DNA from: Styela clava
Taxonomy: Eukaryota
Assembly (NCBI RefSeq): GCF_964204865.1
Contig: NC_135257.1
Span: 23,126,001-23,190,000 of the forward strand
Direction of reading: 5' to 3'
Length of the DNA: 64,000 nt
Below, in pieces: positions 39,401-53,600 of the stretch. A program made the position numbers and the translations under genes. Below the pieces are notes generated by a model, which made no database searches, was not told the origin of the DNA, and saw only the letters and a list, made by a program, of their open reading frames with translations. The first letter of the stretch is position 1. Each line of letters opens with the position of its first letter.

Positions 39401-40163
39401 ATCTACAACTGTTCAGGCGGTATATCGAATACTTTTTTTTATCTGTTTCTGACTCTGAATAAATTTACTCAGAAGTTTTTTTGCAAAGTTTTTGATTGTC
39501 TCGGCGTTAATGTCCATCGATATTTGAAATTGGTACCCATATTAATTCCACCTCAAGTTCACAACTTGGGCGCAAACCCAGCGTTGTAATAAAGCGTGGT
39601 ACATGAGCAACAACAAAACGCAAAATAACGAGGTGATTGATTACGTCATGGATAACCTTAGTCTTTATGCTTTTTACCTTTCAAATGTTTTCCTTCTCCC
39701 TTTTTTGCAATAATTGTATCCATTATTTAATTCATGGTGAAAGAGCGACACAAATAAATGTGATTCCCACGAAAAACGTCCCATGTGATGTGATGGAACA
39801 AGCATTAATTGGTACTAGATGTCCCATGGCAAGCCTGTGGGCAATGCATATCACTAATATATGACACATCGTTATTATGCGATTTGTAATGCGATTTTAA
39901 GTAATTTATGAAATTAAATGGGCGATCAAGCATGATCCTGTGATATACGTCAATTATTTTCTTTTAAGACTGGTGACGTCACACCTGCAGATTCATTCTT
40001 TAAATGGAGTCGGGATGGTATTCCATTCACCGGTATTGATTCTAAAGATCGTACAAATGTTTATCTCAATGTTAATTCTGAAACGAATTATAATGATCAA
40101 GGGATGGCGAATGCTGCTCCTACCTGGGAGCGTAACGGAGTTATTTGTGAGATCCTGATCTAA
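36409..40163 (+). pseudogene. Copy D: degraded pseudogene of the coiled-coil/CTLD family
   Basis: Exons 36409-36630 (TAG at 36439-36441 plus a -1 frameshift), 36795-36863, 37627-37689, 37892-37954, 38600-38725, 39060-39288 (Cys codon to TGA at 39065-39067, (TA)n disruption, donor GT to GA), and last exon 39969-40163, which is still open. Confidence 0.88.
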
Positions 40164-40325
40164 TTGGATGTCTGCTTGATTGTATTTTGTCACTATGGAT
40201 TCATCATCAATGAAACATAAATCGTTGAATCCTGATTTAAAATTTAAACGTTTTGTATTTATAGTAAATGTAGTATATAACAGTAAATATCAATTATTAA
40301 TTTAAATTAGCATGATTAGTTAAAC

Positions 40326-41824
40326 CAACCTATGGCGCATGCGCCAAACGTGGCGCATTGCATGATTAGAGGTGGCGCATTGCATCTTTAACCCTTTTCA
40401 TGCCAAAATTGTTAATTGCACTTGGCTTCTCCACCCCAAGCCGTTTTTTTGCGATTTACATGGTGACTTTTGATTGTACCTAAAATCTATTCTCCTTACT
40501 CCACGTCGCCCACTTACGGCTTGTTGGAATTAGAAACAACAGGCGATTATCGACGTTAGCTTTTGGACGGACTTTATGACATTCATTCTAGACTTTTAGC
40601 AAAAATTAGTAAAATTTACTATTTTTTCCCTACTGAAGTAAAAAGTTCAGAACTTCTGGAAAAATAGAAAATCGTCAATTATCAGCTTGAAACATGGATT
40701 TGCCATTGCCCAGACTTCCCAAATATCTCCCAATAACCATTGAACAACCAGTTGAAATGCCCAAGCCTAAAAAATTCATTATAAATCAACCCACAACATG
40801 CTGAAAATGACCCCTAAATACCACCTTTTTCATCCAAACTTCAAATGACCGTTGTCAACAAAAGCGAAGCGTAAAATCGATTGCTGCGACGCAAGTACTA
40901 ATCTCGAAGAAGCCTGGAGTAAAATCACGCGACGCTAGGCCAAACAGCTTCTTAATCGTACCCTTTTCTCTTCGTTGTTAAAAACAGCTTTATTGCGTAA
41001 TGCTCATAAGACGGTGACCGTACATTTGAACCCATGTACATTTGAACCCATGCGTATATCCACGGGTTCAATCTATATGCGGGTGCTAAAACCCATGGGT
41101 TAGGGTTAGTATGGGTTTAACTATCCGTGACACAAAAACAATTCCATAGGTGCAATAGCATACAGGTGCAATTGTCATGGGTTCAAATGTACGTGGGTTC
41201 AAATGTAATGGAACCTCATAAGACAGAATGCGTTTTTCTCCTACTTTCAGGAAGGCTGTAGTTTTTACTTGGAGCATGGCGTCACAATGGTTCCCTGTTT
41301 CGTAATCAATCGTAATCTGTTTATCGTAAATTGCTCGAATTTTTGCGTGGATACGAGAATTTTCGTTGAGTTAACTATATATATGCGGCTGTCATTGAAA
41401 TTTATTTCGAAACGACATATAGATGTGAACAAACATTTTCTGCCTTGAAACTAATTAAAAGCAAAGCGAGGTCAAGACTTACAGATTTAAATTTGAAGAA
41501 TTCACTGCTCCTCTCAGTAACAAACTTAACTCCAAGAATAAAAAAACTGACGAAATTAAAACAGCAGCAAAAGTCTCATAAAGGCGGTACTTAAATAAAA
41601 TTGATCAGTTTTATTTATTATACTTCCTTGCTTAATTTCCATTCATGTGAAGTTGTAAATTGTAGAAACTACATATACGTGTGTATATATGTGTGTGTAT
41701 TATGAATTTATATAATTTCAACAAGAAGCGGACATTAGGCGTGGGAATACAAGAGATTTACGGCGCATCTGAAACATTATGTTCAAAACGTGGCGCATGG
41801 TATGTGAAAGGTTGGCCACCCCTG
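40326..41824 (+). mobile_element. Non-autonomous hAT/Charlie element with a truncated left TIR
   Basis: TSD AGTTAAAC at 40318-40325 and 41825-41832, with an empty site in the paralogous 3' flank of C near 29825. Right TIR GGTTGGCCACCCCTG. Transposase C-terminal remnant TYRCEQTFSALKLIKSKARSRLTD...QQKSH at ~41412-41580. Confidence 0.85.
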
Positions 41825-43029
41825 AGTTAAACTAAATTGCGTTTGATGGAGAAATTTCAATTTTTGATTTGAATTTTTCAGTTCTGCAAACACTTTCGTT
41901 AAATTGGATTTCAGTTAAACAAGAAATTCAAAAAACTAATTATCTATTAATAAATTAAGCTTCTGTTTGATATTTATTTGGCAAGGTTTAGACATTTAAA
42001 TTTGATTTACTTACATTTAGGAATATGAAGATAGTGATGTTACAAATTTGCCTAATAAACAAGCAATAAATTCAGTTTCTGTGTAAAATCTAATGTTTTT
42101 CATAATGCTGTTTCCCAGCGGGATCAGTTTGAGTAAGGATTAGGTTCGTTAAATTTACAATAATTTATCTCAAAGGAACGCAAAGCTTGAAATTACCTGA
42201 ATAGGTAGAAAAATAAAAAGGTTTACCGACTCATTCTATGAAATTGTATGGCGTTTATTGATTTGAGCAATGCTAAATTTGTTCAAGGGTTTTTTGGCAC
42301 CGCATCCTAACACTTCCCTGATTCGATAATGCGACGGAAATGTATCAACCAATTAACAGAGAAGTACATTGCAATAAGTGCATTAGAAATTTGGTATTAT
42401 TGCGGGTATTTTATGTACTCACACATGATTGAAAAAATCTTCTTTGAGCAAAGTTTCAGGCGACAAGAAGTTCTATGAACTAGAAGTTCTGAAACTATAC
42501 AGAAATGTCTTGTTGAACTTATTCAGAGGTAAAAAAGACCCATCTCTTAGAGAAGTTATGGGTGACCTTTGAAATGCGAAAAGTTACTGAAATAACATGG
42601 GATTATGGTGGCGTCGTACATGCACTCAAAAGTAAATGAGACTCTGAGCAAAATTCCGGGTGATCACTGAAGATCCAAAGGCTACTGCGACTATCAAAAA
42701 TTAAACGTAAATGAATACCAGACTATTATCTAGTTATACTGCATTGGAAGCCACCGTCCGATTCTTATTTCCCAATTGCTGCGGCAAAAGTTCCAACATG
42801 TGTTACATCGGTTAAAGTTGGGGGAAACGGCTGTCGTTCTTAAACCGTTATCCTGCCCGCGACTCCCACGACCCCTACCACGACTCGAAAAATTGAAGCA
42901 TGAAGGTCAACAAACTCCAACAAAAAAAGAGTTAGCTTGGAAGATAAAAAAAACGGAAATTAAAGACAATAGCGTTTATATAATTTGCAATGAGTGTGTA
43001 CGTATTCTTGCGTACCCTTGATTAAAGGT

Positions 43030-43660
43030 AGAATAAGTACTAATGGAAGGTTACAAGATTTCTCAAAGCAAGGTCTTGAGACCTCAACTCAGTGCAAATC
43101 TTACTGATAGAAAAGTTACAAGTTTGCTAAAAGCAAAACCCTGAGCTCTCGATAAAAAGTGTAAAAATTATTAAAGCGAGGTCCCGAGCCTTCAACAAAT
43201 AAGTGTAAAGAATATTAAAAAAGGAGTTGCCAGTTTGCATAAAGCAAAAATTTTGAGCCCTCAGCTAAAATCAAAAAGAATACTGATAGAAGAGTTGCCA
43301 GTTTGCTTAAAGCAAGATCCTGATTCCTCGACTAGAAGTGGAAAGAGTACTGATTGAAGAGTTAGAAGTTTGCTCAAAGCAAGATCCCGAGCCCTCAGCT
43401 AAAATCAAAAAGAATACTAAAAGTAGATTGGCCAGTATGCTTGAAGCAAGAACCCGAGTAGTTATCTAAAAGTGTAAAGATTATTATTAGAAGAGATGAA
43501 AGTTTGATGAAATATTTTTCCAAAGTTAGAAAGAGATGAAATCCCGAGCTCACAACAACAGGTAGAAATAGTACGGATAACAGAGTTGCAAGTTTGCTCT
43601 AAGCAAGGTGTCGAGCCCTCAACTAAAAGTAATAAAATTACTGATAGAAGATGTGAAAAC
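43030..43660 (+). repeat. Degenerate ~67-bp satellite array
   Basis: AGTTTGCT-AAAGCAAG motif mostly at 67-68-bp spacing. The same unit occurs at 22490-22700 (+) and as reverse complement at ~23730-23960 and ~44750-44870. Confidence 0.75.
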
Positions 43661-46550
43661 GACTGCTGATGTGTTAAAACGAAATTAACAAAGTTGAATC
43701 AGTCAAGATATTTGAAATCATTCTTCATAATATATTGATCCGATTTTTCCTTTTTATCGGACACGCAAAACAATTAGGAATATTTAGGAGATTTAGAAAT
43801 ATTTTCACAATTTTAGGGGTAGTCATTTATTGAAATTTGCCCATCTATGGCTAGAAGATTTACTTTCTCACAGCTTTGTATGTAGTGCACAGTAAATATT
43901 AGTGTTCATATCTTCTTTTTCTTAGAAAGCAATGCAAAATCCTAAAAAGCATAGCAGACTCGCGTCACAACTTGCAAAAGACAGATAAATGGCAAATGAC
44001 ATGAATGTAAGACTTATTGTTAAAGAGCTTCACAGGTCAAAGTTCAATTTCATTGACCACAACCTCACTCAGGACATAGAAATCTGGTTCCCAAAGACTA
44101 CTGCTTATGAAACGGACATATCCTAATACAGCCTGAGTGTGTTATCTCCAACCGCTTGACATTGAAGATCTTACCAGTACAGCCCAATTTAATACACCCT
44201 GATTTATTACAGACTGGCTAACAGTTAAGGTTACGTATGGGAACAAAAAGTTGGTGAATAAGTGGGTCAGTTTAATAAACCCCAAGTTAAAAATGTATAC
44301 GGTCCAGTCAAAATGTCTTCACTAACCGGCACGAAATTTCGTAATTCCCTACTGCAACCTTATCATATATATACTTACTGCCAAGCATTTGAACCTGCGA
44401 TACGAAGCAAAATGCCTTAACCGTTGATTTGAAGTTGATTTTAACCCTGTATTTTTTTTTCAGCCGTTTAAGTCTCAGGACGAGATTCCACATGAATAAT
44501 ATTTCATCTTTAATTGATTTTTTTTTTAAACTTTCCGTAGATAATTTATTTTATTGAGCAGAAATTTAATATCATTGGATTATGATTGGCCATCTGTTGG
44601 TTCTCACTAATCATAAGATAGACTAGGAGTTTCCCTGACAGTGTTGAATGCTTTTAAGTCCTATGTCAACCGTTCTCTACTGACATTTCCAATACGGGAA
44701 TAACATTTAAAATTACTTTATATTTTTAATTGGTATTGCTTTATGGAATATTGCATTGAGCAAGCTTGCAACTCTTCTATCAATAAGTACTCTTTCCACT
44801 TTATGTTGAGGGCTCGGCACCTTGCTTTAGGCAAACTTGCAACTCTTCTTTTATTACTCTTTCCACTTTTAATGTGGGTATGGGTCCTTTCAGTTGACTC
44901 TCAAGCAAAAACTACTATGATACATCCAATGGTTTTGGATTTCAAGCCTTTTCCATGCATATTTGTTTTTAAATTAATTCATTGCACTTCCTTGCACGTT
45001 ATAGCCAGTGCTTTAGTTAGAAAATAATAATTTGTACAAGTGCTTTAAGATTGTCAAACAGAAGATTTATGTTTTTATAATTCGTGTTAAATTTGGAATA
45101 ATTTATCTGTTTGTATATTGAGCGTGTTATAGATGGGTGCAGTAATAATCACAAAGGAACGTTCTTGAGACATTATTGTCCCTATGGGTCGTCTCAATAA
45201 TTCGCGAACGTTTTGTCAGTTTTGAACTCCGGAAAAATGATAAAAAAATTTGTTGACAAACTATCGCAAACTTTGTGTAATTTTACGCTTATCTTTTAAA
45301 AGAATTTGCAAAGTCATAAACTAATTGTGTTCATTTTTTAATTACTCAATTACTATTGGATTCACCCAACTTTACTGTCGATTTTAATAGCATATGTCAA
45401 CTTATATTTTAAAATTTATTGCGATTTTTCTAAAAATAGAATAATATATATTTAATTCTGCGATGTCATTGTCTATCCGATCGCGCCACAGCGCTAATTC
45501 AATTAAGATCTGAAACTGTCACGACGTAACGAGCCTATGCTTTTATATATATCGGGATGCGGTAAATTTTGAAGCATAAAAGCAACGCCATAGAGACTAT
45601 ATCATCAGTATAGTTTAATATCGACTAGATGCAGACAACTGACTGGTTTTTGGAATAGTTCGCAAGAATCTGTGTTTGAAAGGAAACTGTATGTGATACT
45701 GGCATTATTTTGAATTAGTTATTATGCGCTTTTGATATCGTTCAATTCTTCAAATGACTGAACTTGAGTTGTTGATAAAGTATCGGATAGTTTGGGCAAT
45801 TTTACAGCTGACTTTCAATAGCAATTTAATATTGTAAACCTAAACAAAATACGATTGCTTTTTATTAATCACATGTAATTAAGCGTAAATTTTCTACTTC
45901 TTTTAAACTATGTAGTATTTGTAATATCTATTTGCAATTCATTGCGATTTTATCAAAATAGAATATCGCGACAAACTAATATTATGTCTGCTATGTCATT
46001 GTCTATGTCATGACATAGTGAAGGTCGCGCAATATCGATTATCTGATAGATCTGAAACGACGTCAAGACAAACCACAACGTGAATGCTTATATATTCGAA
46101 TGTGTATATAAACGGTAGTACTGTCGAATGTGTATATCTTTCGAAAGAACGCGATGAATCCGTGTTAGAAAATTTTGATATCGATTGTATGAGGCAAGTG
46201 GTTGATAGATTAGTTACAGCGTGATAAAGAATAACTTTTTTACGAATTTACTATTATGTAAAATGCTATATTATGCACCGAGATTAAATACCAGTTAAAT
46301 AGTTTTGTAAGAAGGACACAGAGAAAGTAGAGTTATTCTATCAATCTGAAAAGTGAAACACACTGAAATATACTTTCATATTACAATATAGTACGACATT
46401 GAACTTTGACATCATCGAAAAATTTGACAGTGGCCAAATATTCTGTATTTCTACGCATTACCACGTCAGAGCAGTGGTAGCGGATCCTTCCTAAATAGTT
46501 CTCTGAGCTTATTACTGAGGTCGTGCGCATTTTAAAATTATACACCGGTT

Positions 46551-46860
46551 CTTTAAGAACTAAGTTGGCGCCTATTGGATATTTCTGAAGAACTAAGTTG
46601 GCGCCTATTGGATATTTCTGAAGAACTAAGTTGGCGCCTATTGGATATTTCTGAAGAACTAAGTTGGCGCCTATTGGATATTTCTGAAGAACTAAGTTGG
46701 CGCCTATTGGATATTTCTGAAGAACTAAGTTGGCGCCTATTGGATATTTCTGAAGAACTAAGTTGGCGCCTATTGGATATTTCTGAAGAACTAAGTTGGC
46801 GCCTATTGGATATTTCTCAAGAACTGACTTGGCGCCTATTGAATATTTCTCAAGAACTAG
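46551..46860. repeat. 33-bp minisatellite, about 9 units
   Basis: Unit CTGAAGAACTAAGTTGGCGCCTATTGGATATTT. AAGAACTAAGTTGGCGCC recurs at 33-bp spacing (46555-46786) and then degenerates, with relic units to ~47100. Confidence 0.95.
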
Positions 46861-47279
46861 CGCACTGGCAGTTTTATGTTTATATTTCCTACCATGCGTT
46901 TATTTGACTATTTTGTGGACAGTTTATTGCCAATAGCCAAAGAATAGTTTTCTAAAAATAGATTTTTATGCAGCATATTTCTTGTGTTTTCAACGATAAG
47001 CTGTCGTGTGGGGTATTGTGACATCATAGATTTGGCGCTCATTGGATGTTTCTGAAGAACCAAGTTGGTGCATATCGGATATTTCTCAAGAACTACGCAC
47101 ATTGGCGGTTTTTTATTTTTTATTCTCCACCAAGCGTTAATTCGATTAGTTGGTGAACAGTTTATTGCCATTAGCCAAAGAATAGTTCACTGAAGAGCTA
47201 TTTTCAGCCAGCACATTTCTTGTGTAATTAATGACCAGCTGTTGTGGGATATATATTTTGGTATTAACACTGGCAGTTT

Positions 47280-47613
47280 ACGCGGTATGACTCATCGTAC
47301 TAAGCGTTAGGAATACGCTCGCCACCGCAGCTCTGATTAATCTGCGTGGGTTCGCAGTATCGAATCCCATGCGGGGAGGGTTATGTGCGAAAGAATTTCT
47401 GGCCTCCTTGCTGCTGTTGGGTGATTCAAGTAACCGCTTGTCGGTTACAGCTTCCTCCACCATCAATCAAGTCCATGCTTCCGAAAACAAATAACTAGCT
47501 AATCCCATACCCGACATGAAATGGTAACCGGACGAGCGGCCGTGGTTCGCCATATGGTTAAGCCGTCTTATCGGCTTTCTTCTCTTCCGGTATAAATAGG
47601 TAAATCTATCCTA
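47280..47613 (+). mobile_element. tRNA-derived SINE, older copy
   Basis: Homologous to 21767-22100 along its length (AAGCGTTAGGAATACGCTCGCCACCGCA ... GTAAATC(T)TATCCTAT). The B box is degraded. Confidence 0.75.
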
Positions 47614-50600
47614 TTTTGATTGTTTTATTTGTTTATTGATTTGGCTATATATGCATATGACTTGGCAGTAATTGTACATCACCAAAATGGCTGTATTTGG
47701 ATATTAATTGGCTGTATATGTATATAACATTGACTGTATATAAATATTCACTTGGCGCAATATGTATATTTAGTTGGCGCTATATGCATATTCTTGGCAG
47801 TATATGTATGACACGTTACCAACCCTATCGCCAATATCGGACAATATGTTGGGATATAGGACAGGGTATAGATATTCAGAAATTTAACTTACTTGGAACG
47901 TGAAATTGGTAAATTATACAATAGGAAAGCAGATATCTTCAAAGAATAATTCGTGAAAAAAACGGATTGAAATAATTCCATGATACATCGCCTCATAAAC
48001 ACCCTTCTATCGCGCTTGTGAACAACCTGTGTAGGTTTGTGGGAGATAATTATGTTTCAAGAATGCGACACGATAAACTAGTTCTATCCTCGCGTTGAAC
48101 TGTGAGGGAAAGCTAGTTAGGTTGTCGACTTGTCGTTGTTAAATAAAATTCTATAAATGTTCAAACTATGACAACAAAAAACTGATCTTTTGTATAAAGC
48201 CCCACGCCACCAATGCAAAAATGTTAAATTTGAGAAAAAACCTCATTTCCATGTTTTAGATACTGCAGAGTGAGTTCGTCATGTCTTAAAGTAATACCGC
48301 GCTTTCTAACCCTGATATCGGTGAATTTCAACGTTACGTTTCAAAATACGAAAATTAGTAATTATTCAGTTAGTGTTAGGGTTAGGAATTATATAAATTT
48401 CAAGTGCAGTCAGCATCCTCACCGATTAGTTACTATTTATATTAATTTTATAGAACGTGCCTGAGCTATCTTTGCCCAACAATTCGCGAAGGTCTTGTCG
48501 GTTTTTGTTAGTTTGAACTCGAAAAAAATGATGAAAAAAAAATGCGGACAAACTTCTGCAAACTTTGGGTAATTTTACGTTTATCTTTTAAAATAATTTG
48601 CAAAGTAATAAACTAATTGTGTTCACTTTTTAGTTACTATTGAATTCACCTAACTTAACTGTAGATTTTAATAGCATATGTAAACTTATATTTTGAAATT
48701 CATTGCGATTTCTTTAAAAATAGAATATTGCAAAAACCTAAATTAAATCTGCGATGTCATTGTTTATCCAGATATCACCACATGACGCGACATCGCTAAT
48801 CCGATTAAGATCTTAAACTGTCACGCTTCCATAAATATCCGAATGCGGTAAATTTTTAGCATAAAAAGTACGCACTGGACTTAAATCAGCATAGTTTTAT
48901 ATCGATTATATAAAGACAACTAATTGGTTTATACAGAATAGTTCGTAAGAATCTGAGTTTGAAAGAAAGAAACTGTATATTGATAGTGGCATTATTTAGA
49001 CTTATTCCTTATGCGCTGAGAAGTCTTGATATCGTTAAATTCTATATAATCAGTTTTGAAACTTATCAAACGCAGCGACACCTGAGGGTACCAGAAGACT
49101 AAAATATAGGTTCGCAGTAGACTACAAATAATGTCAGGATTGCCACACTCGGAAAAATTCATGTAATAACAAAGTGTAGCGAATATTTTAAAAAGTATGG
49201 GTACAATAAACAAAGTTCGTCATGTTTGAATGGGCTATATCCATCATTGAGGATATTCCGTAATCAAAACGCAATGCCACGTCTGATATGGCTACTTCTT
49301 ATCTGAAAAGGATATTGCACTTCTCCAAAAACACTAAGCCATTCCTGGAAAAGGAGTTTTAAAAATTGCTACGTTTTTTTTTTATGAAGTATGCCTTCTT
49401 TAAATCGGCCGCGCTCTTTTTCTAAAATAAACGCCTTTTGAAAAATGCGTATAGCTTTTCTGAAAATGCGAGTTATATTTTAAATGGGTTCTACGTTCTT
49501 TCTAATTTGTCAAAATCGCGCCAAAAACTATAGCACCGATTTATCTAAGCCTGGATTATGCAAAACGCAGCTAGTTTTCAAATAACTGAACTTGAGTTAT
49601 TGATAAATTATCGGATAGTTTAGGCAACTTTACCGCCAACTCTTGATAGCAATATGATATTGTAATCTTAAACAAAATACGATTGCTTTTTAATTATATG
49701 TAATTAGGCGTAAATTTTCTGTTTCTTTTAAAGTACTTAGTATTTGCAAAGTTATGTTTTACAATTCATTGTGATTTCTTTAAAATAGAATATTGCGACA
49801 AACTAATATTAGCTCGGCGATGTCATTGTCTATGTGTCTATGACATAGCAAAGGTCGCGCGATGTCGATTATCTTATTTGATCTGAAACGACGTCACGAC
49901 GTGAATGCTTATATATATATTCGAATGTGTATATAAACGGGAGTACCGTCGAATGTGTATATATTTCAACAACAAAAAAAAGCAACACGATGAAGCCTTA
50001 CTAGTGAACTTTGATATCGATTGTATGGGGCAACTGGTTAATAGATTAGTTACAGCGTTCTGAAGAATGACTTGTTACGAATTTACTATTAAATAAAATG
50101 GTTTATTTTCAACCGAGATTAAATACCATTTAAATAGTTTTGTAAGAAGGACACAAAGAAAGTGAGTTATTTTATCGATCTGAGAAGTTTACCAGACTGA
50201 AATATATATTCATATTACAATTTAATACAACATTAAACTTTGACGTCATCGAAAAAAATGAACAGTGGTCAAATATTCTGTATTTCTACGCATTAACAAG
50301 CCAGAGCAATGGTAGCGGATCCTTCCTAAATTGTCCGCTAGGCTTATGACTGAGGTCGTGCACTTTTCAAAATTGTACACCGCTATATAAAATTAATATC
50401 CTATCCATAAGAACTGTGATTCTTTTTTAAAATGGCTTGTTTTTTCTTAAAAGGTTGTGTCTTTTCAAAAGAGTTATATCACTTCTAAACATGGTCATTC
50501 CTACATAAGCTTTGTAGTTTCTACAATAATGTTTTAGAATTTACACTGCGCAATAATAAGAATTTATTTCACATTAGAATAACCCTATAAACAATTCAAA

Positions 50601-50646
50601 AACTTTTCTTTATTCAGTCACTACTTAACTACACTGAAACCACGAG

Positions 50647-53600
50647 ATGAAAATCTCAATCGTTTTTATTTTAATTTACGTCATCGATTCATCCTGGTGC
50701 CAAGATGAAACAGTGTTTCACTGCTCTCCCAAGCCGGGTTGCCAGATTGCACAATGTGATCCGGTTGCTGTAGGATGGGACAGACCAGGGTTTAACTTTG
50801 ATGAACATCTGCATGATAAAGAATTCCCGATTACGTGCAAATCTAAGAATACTCCACAACCTCAGAATACTGCCGACTGGCTTCCCTTGGTATCAAGGAA
50901 CATTTTAGGTGAGTGGTTTATTTACTGTTTAAAATACTTGAAGGCAAAGCTATCTCATTATATCACAGGCGTTGTTTGTCATCGATTGAATACTTCACGC
51001 CTATTTATGAAAAGTCTTGGGTGTGGTTTGCGTCTAAAACTACTCTATTATACTGTTACGTTTTCCCTGCGCTCTAAATCCACTATGACAACAGGTATTG
51101 CAACTCAATATCAAAGTCAGATTCAAAAACGAGCATCAAATTTACAACTTGTGTGATATTGATAACCGATACTTTTATCAATGGCGATTGTGCGTTCATT
51201 TGCTGTTTTCTGACATTATAGCCAATTAAGTTTTATTATTTAAATTTTATTATTTTATTACAATTTTACACTGAGTCAAAGCTTCAGTTAGGCAAAACTC
51301 ACTAACTCTAACTAGCTTTTACTGTTGCAAGCCTGGCGTCAATTCGCACTCACTAACGCTTAAATATATATAGTTTCATAAACTTTGAATATATTTTAGT
51401 ATCTGCTGTTAACTGCGCAGATAAGAGTCTCCTTACTTTTGATTCAGTACTCAATTCGAATACGGGATTATTTTGGTAACAATCATTTCTGTTTATAATA
51501 TTTCAACCAAATCTTTGTATCATTAAAACACTCGGAATAGTTTTCATAGTTCTTACTTTTTATTCAGATATTGGAACTATCAAGTCGGAATTGAAACAAT
51601 TGGAAGACAACGTCGTTGAAAACAGCAGAAACCTCGATCATTTTGAGCATAGCATGTCAGGTGAAAAGTGACTACACGTTTTACCAGTCCGTTTATTGTG
51701 AGACATGATCTTATAAGTGAAATTCTGATTGTCTTACAGAAATTGCTCTGAATTTTAAAATTTGAATAAAAGTTTTTCATAGAAAAAGAATTTGAACCTA
51801 ATTTTTTCGCAGATCAAAAAGCTAACAATGAAATTAAGAGACAATCTGATGAAGTTCGCAATCTTCGTGACAAGGCTCTTCAGCAATCTGGACAAATTAA
51901 TGATGTACTGAGAAAGTATGCAAAGCAATCTATTGAACTGAATGAACTTAAAATAGAAAATGTGAAACAATCTACCGAAATATCTGATCTGAAGAAAGGT
52001 TGGTGAATTCATGATGTGACGAGGGTCTCAGTAATAATTACTCAATGAATTGAATAAGTAGCTCACACTTGAGAATGAATTGGATCACAAAACAATTTCA
52101 GGTTTTACATTTCAGAGACGTTACCGCCGCATGTCTCTTGCGTTGGTAGTTAGGATACTTAGTGAATTTGAACTTACCCTAATAAAATCATTTCGAATTT
52201 GAAATAGTCGAACTGAGGTTTGGAAGCTGCAGTTTTCGCAATTTAAATAATCCAGATTCCTTCTCTATGGATGCCCCTATATGTTTATGCAAGCATAGCA
52301 CTTTCATGGCTTCTATTCATTTTTTCGCATTCGAGAACTACTATGACAAACGTTTTTATAACTGCTGTTTTCAGAGACAATATATGAAATAAAATAAAAT
52401 GCATTACTTTCTCACTAGATTTGGCCGATGTACAAGACTTGAATAATAAGTTGATAAACGACAACGAAAAGATGGAAAAAGGTGAAATATGTTCACTAAA
52501 ATTTTTTCTTGACAACATAATAGGATTTTCATGGAGCATTTCTTAAAGGTTGTAAGTATCCGAGCAATATATTGAAAAACGAAGAACCGCTTTATCAAAA
52601 TGACACTGCTATTCGTAGCATTTGTTAACAATCTCTAAGATCTTGGGATTTTGTGTTTGTCAGTAAAGAAGCATTATAAAGTATGAAATTAAAAATATTT
52701 CATGGCAGTTTTAATGAAGCGAGAGCATTATTCCAATAACTTTATTTGAAGATGTGATATTTCGTGAAACAACTGATACAAAACACAGAGAGCGAATAAG
52801 CTTATCCTGACTGTAATTTGAATTTACAAAAAACAATGACATTATTTTACCGAATGACTGTAAGAACTATTGTGAGCCTGTTTAAGATTAGTACACGTGT
52901 TCGATTATTTTCAGCTCTATACTCTAACTATGAAAAACGCTAGAAATGTGTGAAATTGCGTGGCTGAAGTTTTATTGTATTAGCAAAAAGTAAATAGATC
53001 ATGTGTAATATTAATATTAACATTTAGCGATATCCCGGATTGAGCAAAAACTTGCTGTTACGGATAAGTCTCAAATGCTTCCAAGTAGATCCGAGCAGAT
53101 AACTAGACCTACTCAAACAACATTGAAACCAACTCCTGCTTCAGGTGAATACTTTATTCAATCCAAGTTGTAGTTTATGAATATTTTATGAATAATCAAC
53201 TTTAAAGTGGTCATAAATCAAAACGATATTTCTAAATTTAATGTAGCCGAAGCCGAGTAATGTCAGTAAGTGATAAATTTTATTGGATATTCACAACCAG
53301 AAAACAACAGACGCATTGCGTTATTGGCTTCATTGCATTTTCTCATGTCGGCAAGATTGATTTGGAATATTAAAGTTTTGTTTCAAGGTACCTGGTGCTT
53401 CTTCCACAATGCAACGATTGATTCAGCTCTTCCATTTCAGAAAACTGCAAATTAAAGGTCGGCAATTTCTGCTATTTCGCTGTGATACGTGGTGAACGGG
53501 TAAGGGATGTCAACTACGACAAAGCAGTTGATATTTGTAAGAAACGTAACGCAGATGTTTGCTTGATTCGAGATGAAGAATCCTACAGTGCGGTTATGAA

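Noticed and set aside
46575-46907. 110-aa ORF of DISEELSWRLL repeats; also superficially CRISPR-like
   Set aside because: Pure 33-bp tandem minisatellite with no unique spacers, no cas genes and no splice context. The ORF is a by-product of a unit length divisible by 3.
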